Shown: positions 62,280 through 64,000 of the stretch, in pieces
How the letters are laid out: the number at the start of each line of letters is the position of its first letter
Numbering within the stretch: the stretch's first letter is position 1
Source: Felis catus
Lineage: Eukaryota
Assembly (NCBI RefSeq): GCF_018350175.1
Contig: NC_058368.1
Span: forward strand, 88,600,001 to 88,664,000
Direction of reading: 5' to 3'
DNA: 64,000 bases
Program-made: the position numbers and the translations under genes
Notes under the pieces: model-generated
Seen by the model: only the letters and a program-made list of their open reading frames with translations
Told to the model about the DNA's origin: nothing
The model's database searches: none

Positions 62280-63133
62280 GGTAAAAAGGCCGCACCCGTG
62301 AACGAGAATGAGAACTGTGTGGAGTGGACCATCAATGCAGGCCTGCTGAAGCAGTGAGTGGAGCACCTGGTGCCCGCCTTCCTGTGGAGAGACCCCACCT
62401 GCTTCTTCACATTCTTGGGCACGTACAGAGCTTTTGCTACCACCCAACAGGTCCTGGAACTATTGCTTATGAGGTGAGCGCCCTGCCCTTCACAGCCTAG
62501 TGTGATTCAGCCCCTTAAAGCTTTGAGTCTAACGAAAGTCACCAAACCTCCCTGAGTCTCAGTTTGTTCCTCTGATCAGAGCAGAATAACTACAGGTACT
62601 CAGTGGGGGCACTGCTTGGAAAGTGACCCTGGCCCTGTGGAAAGGTCTGCTGGACGGGCTGTGTATCTGCTGGGTGAGCTTTGTCCTCTTCCCCATGATC
62701 AAGTTTCTGCCTCATCCCTCACTGTCACCAGGTGTTGAGTTGGGCTCTTTTCCCATTTGAAAAGGAGACGTGAGGGTCTATCTGTGTGTCTGAGTCCTGG
62801 GTCAAACTAATCAAGGATGCCCAGGATGAGCAGGAGGCCCAGACCCACACCAATATGTGTGATGAAGCTGATTGGGGCCCTATCGTTCATCAAACATACA
62901 GGAAGCCCCACTAGGTGCAGGCACTTCTGTAGGAGCTGACTGGGATCCAATGCACAGAGCAGACAGCACCCTCCTTTCCAGAGCTCCATTCTAGTCAGCA
63001 TTAAGTGACCCTGGATATGACAAGAGATAGTATCCACAGGACACCTGATATGATGCCCTTCTGGCCTCCTCCAAATATGGCTGCTTCCTTCCTGAGACTG
63101 AGGAGATGGCGGACCCCGGGAGCAGGAGAAAAT
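62280..63133 (+). pseudogene. RALGDS-like copy B (partial; lacks exons 1-2 and continues past the window end)
   Basis: Exon 62280-62473 is identical to copy A, with the same CGG acceptor and TGA at 62355. Exon 63075-63133 has an AA acceptor and a 1-bp deletion. Confidence 0.88.
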
Positions 63134-64000
63134 GTGAGTAGGCTTGAGCTCATGCTGGAGGGCCTTCCTTCTCCAAGAAGGCAGTGCTGAGACTGTGAGT
63201 GGGAGTGGCTGCACAACCCAGCATCCCACACATCTAAGAGTCCTGTGTGAGGGAAAAGTTCTGAGGGTTTCTCCTTGGAAGCAAGGAATGGGTTCCTGTA
63301 CTGTCTGGTATAGGATGGGCTGTGGGCACAGTGAGACAGCAGATGGTGACAGAGGACAGATTCAGCCCTTTAGACAGTCCAACCCCATCCCCTCCCACTC
63401 CCAAGCCTGCCTCCATCGCCATCATGGGACCCAGAATAAAGGCTTTGAGGAGCATCACGCTCACCACGTTGTGGAACTTCAACAGTGGGTGCTTAGCAAT
63501 TGTTCAGGAGATCCAGTGAGGGCTCAAAACCAGATATCTCCTACCCTGTGAAAGACCAATGTCAGTGGGAGGACACCCACATGTGCAATAAATGAATGAG
63601 GCAGCATAGAGGCACAGATCGTCACGTTTAAGGTATGAGGAGGGTCCAAGAAAGCCCAGGTAAGAGACAGAGTACCTTTGTCCCGTATGTGTTCAGATTT
63701 TCATGGAGCGCTAGCGTATGAAGGCACTTACTCATCCTGACACCACCCCTCCACTCATTCACGGAGTTGAATTCTAGTGGGAGGTAGACAGGGGGACACA
63801 CCAAGGAGTATGTCTGGGTTCCCCAAGAAGGACAGAGATGACCACATCATTGGTTAAGGGGTTCCCGTCAAATAGAATTTTGACAGTTCCTCTTCAGTGA
63901 CCAGGACTCTCTCAGGCGGGCCTGCCAAATCACAGGTGGAAAAGGTGTAGAACCACCCTCTGTACATCCATGAGCAGGAGGTATAGAGGCCGGGTTCCAC

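Larger units (their letters stand above)
56535..64000. repeat. Large inverted duplication: arm 1 (at least 56535-59456) and arm 2 (~61547 to beyond 64000), spacer ~2.1 kb
   Basis: The arms are reverse complements. ORFs 58334+ / 62117- and 57788+ / 62807- translate almost identically. Confidence 0.96.

Overview
This is mammalian genomic DNA, most likely from a felid or other feliform, judging by its carnivore tRNA-derived SINEs and L1s. I found no intact host gene. The window has five main parts. (1) 1-5771: a decayed gammaretrovirus-like ERV (gag, pro-pol with the RT polymerase domain deleted, env with most of SU deleted, 3' LTR), with an unrelated solo LTR inserted in gag. (2) 10.4-26.2 kb: a disabled, intron-containing ALDH1L1 remnant with seven exons on + and one later exon upstream on -, which implies an inversion. 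(3) 26.5-43 kb and 47.5-55 kb: nested L1s and SINEs, including a near full-length decayed L1 and a very young 5'-truncated L1 with an open ORF2 and a 16-bp TSD. (4) About 45 kb: a probable orphan VOPP1-like first exon in a decayed CpG island. (5) 55.6-64 kb: a six-exon RALGDS-derived pseudogene encoding only the REM domain and a Pro/Ala-rich tail. It is partly duplicated as a large inverted repeat, and the arms share an apparently identical ~747-bp tract that suggests gene conversion. All homology calls rest on my recall of reference proteins and on manual reading; no database search was run.
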